NCBI GenBank assembly: GCA_051530055.1
Contig: CM121341.1
Coordinates: 5,186,784 to 5,250,783, forward strand
Direction: 5' to 3'
Source of the DNA: Neoechinorhynchus agilis
Lineage: Eukaryota > Animalia > Acanthocephala
Length of the DNA: 64,000 nt
The translations under genes were made by a program, and so were the position numbers. This document shows positions 46,076 through 59,292 of this stretch, piece by piece. The notes beneath the pieces were generated by a model that worked only from the letters and a program-made list of their open reading frames with translations, ran no database searches and was not told the origin of the DNA. Every line of letters begins with the position of its first letter. Within the stretch, counting starts at the first letter, position 1.

Positions 46076-47462
46076 AGGAACCGGTATTGAGAATAGATGG
46101 AGGGTGGAATCTATTAACTTACAAAGGTAACTCATTCTCAGAATTCCTTGTTCGAAATTTATAGAAAAGAATTTACTGTTCGGTTTGTACTTTTGTCCCT
46201 TACCAAGGAACCCATTTTTCAAGACTTTTTACGACTGATGTAGTTTAGTTTCAGTAGTTTACGTTTGCCTGAAAGCTTAATCTCCCCTTAACATGGCTGT
46301 GATATACGTTAATCTGCTTGAAACGAATTTGAAGAACTTGGGTATTAGAAGTCTCAATTGGTTCGGATCTCACGATGTTTTTGGGTTTACCTATTTTAGA
46401 TTGAAGAGTGAAGTGCCTGGTTTTGAGCCGATCTCAATGCTTCTCAAAGTGCAATTCTTCAATCTCTCGCTCAAAGAATAAACAAAAAAAGAAGAGCGAG
46501 TCATGAACTTTGTTGAAATCAATCAGTTGCTGAAATATGAATGTCCAAAGGTTCTCCAAAAAAGTCAGAAATAATCTTTAAACAAGTCATTGACAATAGG
46601 AGAGCCGGATTTTTGTTAGGATTTCCACTTGTACTCCTGGAAAAAATAGTCGTTAAGTGTTGCTTTAACACCGTAAACCTTAAGAGAGCGTTAAAACTTT
46701 ATTCTGTGGTCTAAAACTCTTGATGGATTTACGACAAGGCATTAGCAAATGCTTTTGTTTAAAAGCTTAAAATCGTAATCCGAGTTCATAAAATAATAAA
46801 ACGAAGCGTTTAATGTCGATCTAACACAATCGAGACGAAAAACCATTAAAAAAATGTAAAATATATTAATTGATTATTAAGCAAAACTGCGTATAAAGAC
46901 GATAATTCTTAAGACCAAAATATTGCGCCGCCAACTTCGCCTTATTTTGTAATAAATCGAATCCATTTCGGTCAATCATCAAGAGCGAAAAATGCAATTG
47001 AAAATTTCGAATAATTTGCAAACGACATAAAAACAAAGTATTTTAACTGGCGGTGTTTAGTGAAGTAAAAAATTTAACATAAATGCTTCAGTCGAGCGAA
47101 GACGACTATGTCATGCCGAGCAAAAGAAAGTCTCGAGAAAAAAATCAAAACAATGCACCGCACCAAAAAATAAAGAAAGTGAAACAAAACTAAAAGCAAC
47201 TTCGTCAGAAAGTCTTGCAAAGGATACAAAAGTTTCGGGTGGTCGACAGGCCAAAAAACGTTCAATATCAAAGGCACAACTCGAAGAATCTGAGTGTACG
47301 GAACTTCCGACGGTTACCCAAGACACAAAGAGACCAAAGATTACAACGAAGACGAAGCAAAGCCGCAAGCTAGTCTCAAAACCTAGACTGGAGCCAAATC
47401 CGCCAGAAACAATTGAAAATTCAGGGGACTTCGATCAAACGGCATTTCCCAGGGAGCTAAAA

Positions 47463-48008
47463 ATGGGTTCCAAACGTCCAAGAAAATCGGCAGAAGTAAA
47501 AGAGGACTTAAGCCATGACGGCAAACGACAAAAGATGACGACGACCACGAAGCCAAGCCCTAAGCAAATCCCAGAACCCCATTCAGAATCAAATGCTCCA
47601 GAGGTTATAATCATAGCGGAGGAATCCATGGAGTCGAAGGCAAATAAACTTGAAAGTTTTCAAATAAATGCTGAGCTGCCGAAGTCCCAGCCTCAAATAC
47701 TAATAATTAATGTAAAAGAAACAAACATTTCGACGGATTTGGATAGAACGACATTTAAAAGCGACCTTAAAATCGGTTCTAAACGTGCCAGAGAATCGAC
47801 AGAATTAAAACAAGATTCAATCCACGACGGCAAACGACTTAAGGTTGCATCGAAGCTGACGAAGCCGAGCTGGAAGCGAATTCCAACACCTCATCCGAAA
47901 TTAAATGCGCCAGAGGTTATAATCCAATCTGACGATTCGGGAGAGTCGAAGGCAAATCAAGGCGAAAGTTCCAAAAAAAATCCGCAACAACCGAAGCCTC
48001 AATCCTAA
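47463..48008 (+). CDS. C-terminal-only form of the orphan protein
   Basis: Same 181-aa translation as 32687-33232. Confidence 0.45.
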   Translation: MGSKRPRKSAEVKEDLSHDGKRQKMTTTTKPSPKQIPEPHSESNAPEVIIIAEESMESKANKLESFQINAELPKSQPQILIINVKETNISTDLDRTTFKSDLKIGSKRARESTELKQDSIHDGKRLKVASKLTKPSWKRIPTPHPKLNAPEVIIQSDDSGESKANQGESSKKNPQQPKPQS

Positions 48009-48888
48009 ATCAAAAGGACAAAATAAATGAAACAAACGGCATTTTTCGGCGACCAAATTTTTTTTTAAAACGGCCATGAAGCCAACGGCAGATAAAGATT
48101 CTAAGCAGTTAAAGTCCCCTTCTGAGTTTGCAGCAAAACGCAGTAGCAGTTGAAACACCAAAGTGTTCAATTGGCAAATATTGTTCAGGAGTCTGGCATC
48201 AAATCGATCAATCAAATTCAAGAAGCATCAGGAAAGAAGGGTCCTTTGGTTAACAAAGAAGAGCAAATTTGGAACTACGAATAAACCTTTATTACTTAGT
48301 GAAAGTATTTTTTAAATGATTATTTAGTTAATAAATCTTATTAGTTATTTAGTAAATGTTAAAAAGAGAGATGTTCAAGTTGGGAGGGGATCAAAACCGG
48401 GATAATCTTCTCGAAATGACGCCAGAAAAAAAGTTTTGGGCCATTATAACACGAAATTTCCAAATCATTTGTCGACGATTCCCCTGCAGAATGAATACTT
48501 TCTTCAGATTGGCGAAAAAGGACAATTACATAAATTTCGAAAATAAATCTTTTTTTAAAGTACACGACAATTTCGAGTTCATAAAATATTTCAAAAATTT
48601 AATAAATAGCAATCATTAAAGGGACACGTGATCACGTTTTGTGACTAATTATCAATAACTAATATTTTTCCGACAGCAAAAGCACAAACACAAAGAAAAA
48701 CGTACTTCTAATTAAATACAAGAAAATAAATATTGATTGTGGATAATATTTGTGCAACAAACTGATTTCAAGCTTTCCCGTTCCCCTCTCGTTAAAGCGC
48801 TTCACCTTAATCGTATCGATAACAACGAGCAACTTAGCATCAAAACATCTCCAAGAATTTCCACCGGTAAGTTAAAAATCCGATCGGT

Positions 48889-49572
48889 TTAAGCACTTTC
48901 CACATCTTCACGAAGGCTCCCTTCAATTCCCGGCGGTAAGGGTAGAAATGAATCGAACATTTCAGAACAAAGATCCACCATAATTTGTCTTGTACTTTCA
49001 GGGGCTTCGGCGATGAACTTCGCTGGAATTCCTCCGAAAATACAATAGGGAGGGACGCAAGTATCAGCAGTTAGAAGGCTGTTTGGTAGAAGAATGCTAC
49101 AATCCTTAAGGATCGAGCGCTTCTCACAAACGGAATTGTGGCCTAGAATTAAGAAAATGATGTGTTTTCTAGAGAAATCAACATGTAAACTTGCCGATCC
49201 GTACACAGGAACCAACTTGATTGCATTTAAGAACGCAATCATCTTCCACGATCGTATAGTCGCCAATCGATAGTTTTGAGAACGAATAAGAGGACGATGC
49301 GCGAGTAAAGAAGGGTTGGAGAATGCAACTTCGTCCGAAATGACAGTATTTTCCAACTCGAATTGGAGCGAGATCGCCTCTGAACACACAATTTTGTTGA
49401 ATTATTACTCGACCAGTTAGAATGATATTTTGACTTCCTGCCATTAAAGATTTCTTTTCTTGAATACTCACACGTCCGTCGAAGGTTGTGTGAGTATTCA
49501 CGTACAAACCTTGTTTCCTGTGCTGGTTTCGAAGTATTCGGCGGGTCGAAAATATTGCTCACAGACTTCCAT
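48889..49572 (-). CDS. DCTN5: Dynactin subunit 5 (p25), copy 4
   Basis: Near-identical to the other copies. Confidence 0.85.
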
Positions 49573-49619
49573 CTAGAACATATTTTTTAGAGGTGCCAAT
49601 TCCTTTTAACATTTTAGAT

Positions 49620-50870
49620 ATGCAAAATCAAGATTTTAACGACAAAACCTCAAAGAACCACTCTGAAACATCGTCCACGTCTCAAGCTGCATCTGAACAC
49701 AAAGAGATTCTAAAAGAAGACAAGTCAACCGAAATCGAACACGAAGAACTCGAAACTTACGCCAAAGGAACAGAAGTACAATTTTATTTCAAGGAAGAGT
49801 CCAGAGATGAATGCGGGGTCCGGACGGGAAAGGTCATTCTGGACGGCGTCGAATACCAAGCAACCATTACACATCCAAATGCTCGTGAAATGCACTTTGA
49901 ATCTCGGGTAGCAGCTCACAACCGCCCACGAAAGCCCCCACCAGAACCTGAAGGAGGACTTCGTCTTCGAAGTGGTAGAAAAATGTTGAGTGCCATCGAG
50001 TTATTCAGGCAAGAGGAAGCAAAATTGAATTGTCCAAAGTCAACGAGATCGAAGGGTAGTGCCAACGTTACGTCCAATCGCAAACGAGTAAAAGGAGAAC
50101 CCGAAGACGACTATGTCTTGCCGACCAAAAGAAAGATTCTCGAGAAAAAATCAAGACAATGCCCCGCACGGAAAAATACAGAAAGTGAAGCAAATCCAAA
50201 AGTAACTCCGTCAGAAAGTCTTGCAAAGGATACAAAAATTTCGGGTGGTCGACAGGCCAAAAAACGTTCAATATCAAAGGCACAACTCGAAGAATCTGAG
50301 AGTTCGGAACTTCCGATGGTTACCCAAGACACAAAGAGACCAAAGATTACAACGAAGACGAAGCCAAGCCGAAAGCGAGTCTCAAAACCTAAACTGGAAC
50401 CAAATCCGACAGAAACAATTGAAAATTCAGGCGACTTCGATCAAACGGCATTTCCCAGGGAGCTAAAAATGGGTTCCAAACGTCCAAGAAAATCGGCAGA
50501 AGTAAAAGAGGACTTAAGCCATGATGGCAAACGACAAAAGATGACGACGACCACGAAGCCAAGCCCTAAGCAAATCCCAGAACCCCATTCAGAATCAAAT
50601 GCCCCAGAGGTTATAATAATAGCGGAGGAATCCATGGAGTCGAAGGCAAATAAAGATGAAAGTTTTCAAATAAATGCTGAGCTGCCGAAGTCCCAGTCTC
50701 AAATACAAATGATTAATGTAAAAGAAACAAACATTTCGACGGATTTGGATAGAACGACATTAAAAAGCGACCTTAAAATCGGTTCTAAACGTGCCAGAGA
50801 ATCGACGGAATTAAAACAAGACTCAATCCACGACGGCAAACGACTTAAGGTTGCATCGAAGCTGACGTAG
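49620..50870 (+). CDS. Amplified orphan gene, copy 4; premature TAG removes the second SIM-like motif
   Basis: ctgacg-TAG-ccg at 50868, where other copies read ctgacg-AAG-ccg; the frame continues to 51013. Confidence 0.65.
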   Translation: MQNQDFNDKTSKNHSETSSTSQAASEHKEILKEDKSTEIEHEELETYAKGTEVQFYFKEESRDECGVRTGKVILDGVEYQATITHPNAREMHFESRVAAHNRPRKPPPEPEGGLRLRSGRKMLSAIELFRQEEAKLNCPKSTRSKGSANVTSNRKRVKGEPEDDYVLPTKRKILEKKSRQCPARKNTESEANPKVTPSESLAKDTKISGGRQAKKRSISKAQLEESESSELPMVTQDTKRPKITTKTKPSRKRVSKPKLEPNPTETIENSGDFDQTAFPRELKMGSKRPRKSAEVKEDLSHDGKRQKMTTTTKPSPKQIPEPHSESNAPEVIIIAEESMESKANKDESFQINAELPKSQSQIQMINVKETNISTDLDRTTLKSDLKIGSKRARESTELKQDSIHDGKRLKVASKLT

Positions 50871-51389
50871 CCGAGCCGGAAGCGAATTCCAACACCTCAT
50901 CCAAAATTAAATGCGCCCGAGGTTATAATCCTATCTGACGATTCGGGAGAGTCGAAGGCAAATCAAGGCGAAAGTTCCCAAATAAATCCGCAACAACCGA
51001 AGCCTCAATCCTAAATCAAAAGGACAAAAATAAGTGAAAAAAAAGGCATTTTCCGGCGACCTAAAAAATGATTAAAACGGCGATGAAGCCAACGGCAGAT
51101 AAAGATTCAAAGCAGTTAAAGTCGTCCCTCTGAGTCTGCAGCAAAACGCAGTAGCGGTTGAAATAAACATCAAAGTGTTCAATAGGCAAATATTGTTCAG
51201 GAGTCTGGCATCAAATCGATCAATTAAATTCAAGGAGCACCAGGAGAGAAGGGTCCGTTGGTTAACAAAGAAGAGCAAATTTGGAACTACGAATAAACCT
51301 TTACTATTTAGTGAAAGTATTTTTTAAATGATTATTTAGTTACTAGATCTTAATAAACATTTAGTAAATGATAAAAAGGGTAGAAATAC

Positions 51390-52659
51390 GGAGTTCGACC
51401 ATGTGAAGCACCTTGTTTCGAAAAATCCTTCAGCTTCTCTTCCAAAAGGTCCTCTCGACTTGACTGAGGAGGCTTATCCCTGGATGGCTCCACATTGGTC
51501 GCAGCGTGTGACTAGACGTTGAGGAAACGCGAAGTTCAGTAGACGGTCTTGAAGGCTGAGTCAAAGTCCTTGGCTCGGATGATGAAGCATCCTTACGGCC
51601 TTGAACTTGTGCCCAGGCGATGTATTTTTCGAACGCGTCACATTTCTTTCAATGTGACCAATGGCCGTCGCCATCTCAGTTTGAACAATGTTTTCGAGTC
51701 CTACTGCATTTAGAACTATGATGATCCAGCCAGCAGAAGGCGCATTTTGTCAACTTTGTAGGACAACGTTGCTCCCAGTGACCCCAACACTTACAACTGT
51801 TGCATCGCGAGAAGTGATAATCAGCAAAATTGTAAACATTATCAGCAGTAAATTTGACTACCATAGAATTGAAATAGCACCTCTCCAAAGTCAACGTGTC
51901 CCTGCTCTCGACATTGCCTATCACAATCGCTTTCGGGATCATATTCGCTAATCTGGCCGATTTTAGAAAAAAATAGGATCTTGACGCCCAACTTCCCCTC
52001 GAATTCCCGTTTATCGACTTCATCAATGTCTGGGAATAATCCAAAGACCATAAAGGTTGACTGGTAGCTGGAGTCGGTAATTTAAACACCGGAGAGACCG
52101 TATTTTTTTCTCGTGAATTCTATAAATCCTTCGACGAAACGTCTGCCAATTAACAAAACTCTCAACCTCCAACCGAAATTGGTTGTCGAGCAAATTCTAT
52201 GCACGTCGTCCTTGAACGTTTTGAACCATGGAACCAAGAATCTTCGATGCACCTCCTTCCTCGGGAGTAGCGGATTGGATTGTATGGCCACAGTAAGTGG
52301 CCATCTCTTGGTTGGGACTTCCAAAAGAGAAGAATCGTCCTGGGGTGTACGGGAGTTGGTTTGGGTGCTACGTCTCCGAGAATAGTACTCCGGACCTCCC
52401 GTGGCACAAGAATTCTAAGAGAATTGGGTGGTCGTTTGCCACTCTCCGCCAATGACTGAACATTGGTGTGCATTGTTTTAATATTGACGTTATTGATATT
52501 TTTTTAGTGCATATTGATTTTTTTTAATGTATATCGATTTTTTTTAATACGGTCGCAGTTGCCATGTTGCAAAGTAGTTTTAAAATTACATTAACAAGTT
52601 TGAACCAATGATTCAAACCTTGAAATTCGTCCACTTTTTGTGTGCTGGTGAAGCGGCAG
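51390..52659 (-). mobile_element. Longer copy of the gag-like ORF1 fragment
   Basis: Same zinc-knuckle translation as 44465-45579 and same right junction, with ~155 bp extra on the left. Confidence 0.75.
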
Positions 52660-52829
52660 TAGACGCGATCATCAGGCATTCAATTCATCGTCCTTATGTT
52701 TTTGATTGCTGATATCAATGCCACCAATATTCCTACGAAGTACAGGAGGCTTTTAATGATCACGGCGATATAATTTCGGCTGTTATGATGTCAATAATCA
52801 ATTGTGCAGGGCGTAAGTTGAGAATATAA

Positions 52830-53155
52830 ATTTAGATCGGATATCGTTTCTCCCAATGAAATATCTGAACCTTTTTCCAGGAGGTAGGATTCGGGAGGTT
52901 TATAATCGGGACTCGTATTGGATCGTCAAATGTGCGGTGCAGAATAGCCGATACCGTAAAAAAATTATTTTAAATCGAATGGACAGTGTAATCGACCCTG
53001 GATTTGTGATTAATGGCGGTCGAGGGTACCACACAACTCGATCGCAACCGCCCGTATTTACATTAATGGCCATCGACTTCTATGAAAAGACATTTAACAA
53101 AGGATTTGAAGAACCGGTATCGGAACAATGGCGAAAGAGTACGACTTCTGGGTAA
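52830..53155 (+). pseudogene. TREH: Trehalase fragment, variant B (copy 3)
   Basis: MKYLNLFPGGRIREVYNRDSYW..NGGRGYHTTRSQPP. Confidence 0.75.
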
Positions 53156-54572
53156 GGAACCGGTATTGAGAATAGATGGAGGGTGGAATCTATTAACTTA
53201 CAAAGGTAACTCATTCTCAGAATTCCTTGTTCGAAATTTATAGAAAAGAATTTACTGTTCGGTTTGTACTTTTGTCCCTTACCAAGGAACCCATTTTTCA
53301 AGACTTTTTACGACTGATGTAGTTTAGTTTCAGTAGTTTACGTTTGCCTGAAAGCTCAATCTCCCCTTGGAATGGCTGTGATATACGTTAATCTGCTTGA
53401 AACGAATTTGAAGAACTTGGGTATTAGAAGTCTCAATTGGTTCGGATCCTTCGATGTTTTTGGGTTTACTCTATTTTTAGATTGGAAGAGTGAAGTGCCT
53501 GGGTTTTGAGCCGATCTCAATGCTTCTCAAAGTGCAATTCTTCAATCTCTCGCTCAAAGAATAAACAAAAAAAGAAGAGCGAGTCATGAACTTTGTTGAA
53601 ATCCATCAGGCTGCTGAAATATGTGAATGTCCAAAGGTTCTCCAAAAAAGTCAGAAATAATCTTTAAATAAGTCATTGACAATTAGGAGAGCCGGATTTT
53701 TGTTAGGATTTCCACTTGTACTCAAATAGTCGTTATGTTGCTTTAACACCGTAAACCTTAAGAGAGCGTTAAAACTCTTTATTCTGTGGTCTAAAACTCT
53801 TGATGGATTTACGACAAGGCATTAGCAAATGCTTTTGTTTAAAAGCTTAAAATCGTAATCCGAGTTCATAAAATAATAAAACGAAGCGTTTAATGTCGAT
53901 CTAACACAATCGAGACGAAAAACCATTAAAAAAATGTAAAATATATTAATTGATTATTAAGCAAAACTGCGTATAAAGACGATAATTCTTAAGACCAAAA
54001 TATTGCGCCGCCAACTTCGCCTTATTTTGTAATAAATCAAATCCATTTCGGTCAATCATCAAGAGCGAAAAATGCAATTGAAAATTTCGAATAATTTGCA
54101 AACGACATAAAAACAAAGTATTTTAACTGGCGGTGTTTAATAAAGTAAAAAATTTAACAAAAATGATTCAGTCGAGCGAAGACGACTATATCTTGCCGAG
54201 CAAAAGAAAGTCTCGAGAAAAAAATCAAGACAATGCACCGCACCAAAAAATAAAGAAAGTGAAACAAAACTAAAAGTAACTTCGTCAGAAAGTCTTGCAA
54301 AGGATACAAAGGTTTCGGATGATCGACGCGCAAAAAAAACGTTCAAGGTCAAAGGCACAACTCGAAGAAACTGAGTCTACGGAACTTCCGACGGTTAAAC
54401 AGCCGAGAGAAATAAAGGAAGGAACAACCGAAGACAAAAAAGACAAAAGGTTACAACGAAGACGAAGCAACGCCGCAAGCTAGTCTCAAAACCTAAACTG
54501 GAACAAAATCCGCCAGAAAAAATTGAAAATTCAGGCGACTTCGATCAAACGGCATTTCCCAGGGAGCTAAAA

Positions 54573-55115
54573 ATGGGCTCTAAACGTCCAAGAAAATCGG
54601 CAGAAGTAAAAGAGGACTTAAGCCATGATGGCAAACGACAAAAGATGACGACGACGAAGCCAAGCGCTAAGCAAATCTTAGAACCTCATTCAAAATCAAA
54701 TGCCCCAGAGGTTATAATAATAGCGGAGGAATCCATGGAGTCGAAGGCAAATAAAGATGAAAGTTTTCAAATAAATGCTGAGCTGCCGAAGTCCCAGCCT
54801 CAAATACTAATAATTAATGTAAAAGAAACAAACATTTCGACGGATTTGGATAGAACGACATTTAAAAGCGACCTTAAAATCGGTTCTAAACGTGCCAGAG
54901 AATCGACAGAATTAAAACAAGACTCAATCCACGACGGCAAACGACTAAAGGTTGCATCGAAGCTGACGAAGCCGAGCCGGAAGCGAATTCCAACACCTCA
55001 TCCGAAATTAAATGCGCCCGAGGTTATAATCCTATCTGACGATTCGGGGGAGTCGAAGGCAAATCAAGGCGAAAGTTCCCAAATAAATCCGGAACTACCG
55101 AAAGGAAAAAAATAA
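54573..55115 (+). CDS. C-terminal-only form of the orphan protein (ELPKGKK end)
   Basis: 180-aa ORF from MGSKRPRK. Confidence 0.45.
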   Translation: MGSKRPRKSAEVKEDLSHDGKRQKMTTTKPSAKQILEPHSKSNAPEVIIIAEESMESKANKDESFQINAELPKSQPQILIINVKETNISTDLDRTTFKSDLKIGSKRARESTELKQDSIHDGKRLKVASKLTKPSRKRIPTPHPKLNAPEVIILSDDSGESKANQGESSQINPELPKGKK

Positions 55116-55985
55116 ATGAAACAAACGGCATTTTTCGGCGACTTAAAAAAAATGATTAAAACGGCGATGAAACCAACGGCAGATAAAGATTCGAAGCAGT
55201 AAAAGTCCTTTTCTGAGTCTGCAGCAAAACGCAGTAGTGGTTGAGATAAACACTAAAGTGTTCAATAGGCAAATATTGTTCAGGAGTTTGGCATCAAAGC
55301 GATTAATACAATTCAAGGAGCACTAGGAGAGAAGGGTCCTTTGGTTAACAAAGAAGAGCAAATTTGGAACTACGAATAAACCTTTATTACTTAGTGAAAG
55401 TATTTTTTAAATGATTATTTAGTTAATAAATCTTATTAGTTATTTAGTAAATGTTAAAAAGAGAGATGTTCAAGTTGGGAGGGGCATCAAAACCGGGAAT
55501 AATCTTCTTGAAATGACGCCAGATAAAAAGTTTTGGGCCATTATAACACGAAATTTCCAAATCATTTGTCGACGATTCTCCCTGCAGAATGAATACTTTC
55601 TTCAGATTGGCGAAAAAGGACAATTACATAAATTTCAAAAATAAATCTTTTTTTAAAGTACACGACAATTTCGGGTTCATAAAATATTTCGAAAATTTAA
55701 TAAATAGCAATCATTAAAGGGTCACGTGATCACGTTTTGTGACTAATTATCAATAACCAATATTTTTCCGACAACAAAAGCACAAACACAAAGAAAACGT
55801 ACTTCTAATTAAATACAAGAAAATAAATATTGATTGCGGATAATATTTGTGCAACAAACTGATTTCAAGCTTTCCCGTTCCCCTCTCGTTAAAGCGCTTC
55901 ACCTTAATCGTATCGATAACAACGAGCAACTTAGCATCAAAACATCTCCAAGAATTTCCACCGGTAAGTTAAAAATCCGATCGGT

Positions 55986-56669
55986 TTAAGCATTTTCCAC
56001 ATCTTCACGAAGGCTCCCTTCAATTCCCGGCGGTAAGGGTAGAAATGAATCGAACATTTCAGAACAAAGATCCGCCATAATTTGTCTTGTACTTTCAGGG
56101 GCTTCGGCGATGAACTTCGCTGGAATTCCTCCGAAAATACAATAGGGAGGGACGCAAGTATCAGCAGTTAGAAGGCTGTTTGGTAGAAGAATGCTACAAT
56201 CCTTAAGGATCGAGCGCTTCTCACAAACGGAATTGTGGCCTAGAATTAAGAAAATGATGTGTTTTCTAGAGAAATCAACATGTAAACTTGCCGATCCGTA
56301 CACAGGAACCAACTTGATTGCATTTAAGAACGCAATCATCTTCCACGATCGTATAGTCGCCAATCGATAGTTTTGAGAACGAATAAGAGGACGATGCGCG
56401 AGTAAAGAAGGGTTGGAGAATGCAGCTTCGTCCGAAATGACAGTATTTTCCAACTCGAATTGGAGCGAGATCGCCTCTGAACACACAATTTTGTTGAATT
56501 ATTACTCGACCAGTTAGAATGATATTTTGACTTCCTGCCATTAAAGATTTCTTTTCTTGAATACTCACACGTCCGTCGAAGGTTGTGTGAGTATTCACGT
56601 ACAAACCTTGTTTCCTGTGCTGGTTTCGAAGTATTCGGCGGGTCGAAAATATTGCTCACAGACTTCCAT
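55986..56669 (-). CDS. DCTN5: Dynactin subunit 5 (p25), copy 5
   Basis: Near-identical to the other copies. Confidence 0.85.
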
Positions 56670-56716
56670 CTAGAACATATTTTTTAGAGGTGCCAATTGC
56701 TTTTAACATTTTAGAT

Positions 56717-58130
56717 ATGCAAAATCAAGATTTTAACGATAAAACCTCAAAGAACGACTCTGAAACATCGTCCACGTCTCAAGCTGCATCTGAACACAAA
56801 GAGATTCTAAAAGAAGACAGGTCAACCGAAATCGAACACGAAGAACTCGAAACTTACGCCAAAGGAACAGAAGTACAATTTTATTTCAAGGAAGAGTCCA
56901 GAGATGAATGCGGGGTCCGGACGGGAAAGGTCATTCTGGACGGCGTCGAATACCAAGCAACCATTACACATCCAAATGCTCGTGAAATGCACTTTGAATC
57001 TCGGGTAGCAGCTCACAACCGCCCACGAAAGCCCCCACCAGAACCTGAAGGAGGACTTCGTCTTCGAAGTGGTAGAAAAATGTTGAGTGCCATCGAGGTA
57101 TTCAGGCAAGAGGAAGCAAAATCGAATTGTCCAAAGTCAACGAGATCGAAGGGTAGTACCAACGTTACGTCCAATCGAAAACGAGTAAAAGGAGAACCCG
57201 AAGACGACTATGTCTTGCCGACCAAAAGAAAGATTCTCGAGAAAAAATCAAGACAATGCCCCGTACGGAAAAATACAGAAAGTGAAGCAAATCCAAAAGT
57301 AACTCCGTCAGAAAGTCTTGCAAAGGATACAAAAGTTTCGGGTGGTCGACAGGCCAAAAAACGTTCAATATCAAAGGCACAACTCGAAGAATCTGAGTGT
57401 TCGGAACTTCCGATGGTTACCCAAGACATAAAGAGACCAAAGATTACAACGAAGACGAAGCCAAGCCGAAAGCGAGTCTCAAAACCTAAAATGGAACCAA
57501 ATCCGCCAGAAACAATTGAAAATTCAGGCGACTTCGATCAAACAGCATTTCCCAGGGAGCTAAAAATGGGTTCCAAACGTCCAAGAAAATCGGCAGAAGT
57601 AAAAGAGGACTTAAGCCATGATGGCAAACGACAAAAGATGACGACGACCACGAAGCCAAGCCCTAAGCAAATCTTAGAACCTCATTCAAAATCAAATGCG
57701 CCAGAGGTTATAATCATAGCTGAGGAATCCATGGAGTCGAAGGCAAATAAAGATGAAAGTTATCAAATAAATCCTGAACTGCCGAAGTCCCAGTCTCAAA
57801 TACAAATGATTAATGTAAAAGAAACAAACATTTCGACGGATTTGGATAGAACGACATTTAAAAGCGACCTTAAAATCGGTTCTAAACGTGCCAGAGAATC
57901 GACAGAAGTCAAAGAAGACTCAAATCCACGACGGCAAACGACTTAAGGTTGCATCGAAGCCGACGAAGCCGAGCCGGAAGCGAATTCCAACACCTCATCC
58001 GAAATTAAATGCGCCCGAGGTTATAATCCTATCTGACGATTCGGGAGAGTCGAAGGCAAATCAAGGCGAAAGTTCGCAAATAAATCCGCAACAATCAAGC
58101 CTCAATCCTAAATCAAAAGGACAAAAATAA
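56717..58130 (+). CDS. Amplified orphan gene, copy 5; frameshift near 57920
   Basis: Open to 57946; the remainder continues in another frame (57888-58130). Confidence 0.6.
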
Positions 58131-58872
58131 GTGAAAAAAAAAGCATTTTCCGGCGACCTAAAAAATGATTAAAACGGCGATGAAGCCAACGGCAGATAAA
58201 GATTCAAAGCAGTTAAAGTCGTCCCTCTGAGTCTGCAGCAAAACGCAGTAGCGGTTGAAATAAACATCAAAGTGTTCAATTAGCAAATATTGTTCAGGAG
58301 TCTGGCATCAAATCGATCAATCAAATTCAAGGAGCACCAGGATAGACGGGTCCTTTGGTTAACAAAGAAGAGCAAATTTGGAACTACGAATAAACTTTTA
58401 TTATTTTGTGAAAGTATTTTTTAAATGATTATTTAGAATAAATCTTATAAGTTATTTAGTAAATGTTAAAAAGAGATGTTCAAGTTGGGAGGGGCATTAA
58501 AAGTTGAAAATACATTTCAATAAATGGAGAAGAGTTGGAAACTAAATTCGATGGTTGATAAAGAAGTGGTCACATTTAAGACAGAGTACAGCTAATTGAT
58601 TTCAAGCACTCTAAAAAAAGGATGTTCCTGGACTGTGAAGGTTCGCCTATGATTGGTCATTTTGTAATATATTTTTATCATCGAGAGAAAATCGTAACCT
58701 CTGGAATATATTGATCCCGAGTACAAGGGCTAAACATTATAAAATAGTAGAAACTTTTTTCTGGTGACCGATGAGACGTCCTCTTTCGAAATATCTCAAG
58801 TAAAAATGGGCGAATGTGCAAAAAGCGAATCCGTACATCCACTCACCCATATGGATAATTTAATTTTCCACT

Positions 58873-59292
58873 TCATACGAGAAGACGTTCAATGGCTCGT
58901 TTTACATCGCCTATTTTGTTTTCCAACTGTCCACCATCACCACTGTCAGCATTATTGATGGAACAAGCCATCACCGGCCTTGTGACTCCACAAGCACGGC
59001 CCAAAGCTTGTTTAGAAGATACAAACACGTACGGAACATTTTTATCCTCACAAAGAAGTGGCAAATGCATCAGAATCTCAATCGGCGACGCGTCTGCAGC
59101 GAGTACGATGATGGCCGACCGTCCACGGTTCAACATCTTCGTTGCTTCATTCGCTCCTCGTCGAAGTTGACGATAATTTAACGATTCTTGTACCAACTCC
59201 AGAATCGTCTTTGTCAAACGACCATCCGCTAGCGGATACGCTTTTGGATTAACATCGCGCTCAACTGCTATTGACCCAGAAACGTCTTCCAT
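58873..59292 (-). CDS. SNU13: SNU13 / NHP2L1 (15.5K, L7Ae family), intronless
   Basis: [68 protein letters not shown]. Confidence 0.97.
   Translation of the reverse strand: MEDVSGSIAVERDVNPKAYPLADGRLTKTILELVQESLNYRQLRRGANEATKMLNRGRSAIIVLAADASPIEILMHLPLLCEDKNVPYVFVSSKQALGRACGVTRPVMACSINNADSGDGGQLENKIGDVKRAIERLLV

Larger units (their letters stand above)
29628..46345. repeat. Large imperfect palindrome: left arm ~29628-35430, right arm ~39585-46345, spacer holding one extra 3.02-kb tandem unit
   Basis: The order trehalase-B, PLE relic, P block, C-only gene, DCTN5, 5' half of the orphan gene is mirrored on the opposite strand. The right arm has a 1.1-kb gag insert, and the arms differ at the PLE/P junction. 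Confidence 0.85.
44465..58500. repeat. Two ~7.08-kb direct repeats (gag, trehalase-B, P block, C-only gene, DCTN5, full gene)
   Basis: tcttgaaggctgagtc at 44465 recurs at ~51547; DCTN5 ends at 48889 and 55986. Confidence 0.88.

Noticed and set aside
58520-58690. Possible MULE/FAR1 relic (KKGCSWTVKVR)
   Set aside because: A single weak motif with stops around it; not supportable.
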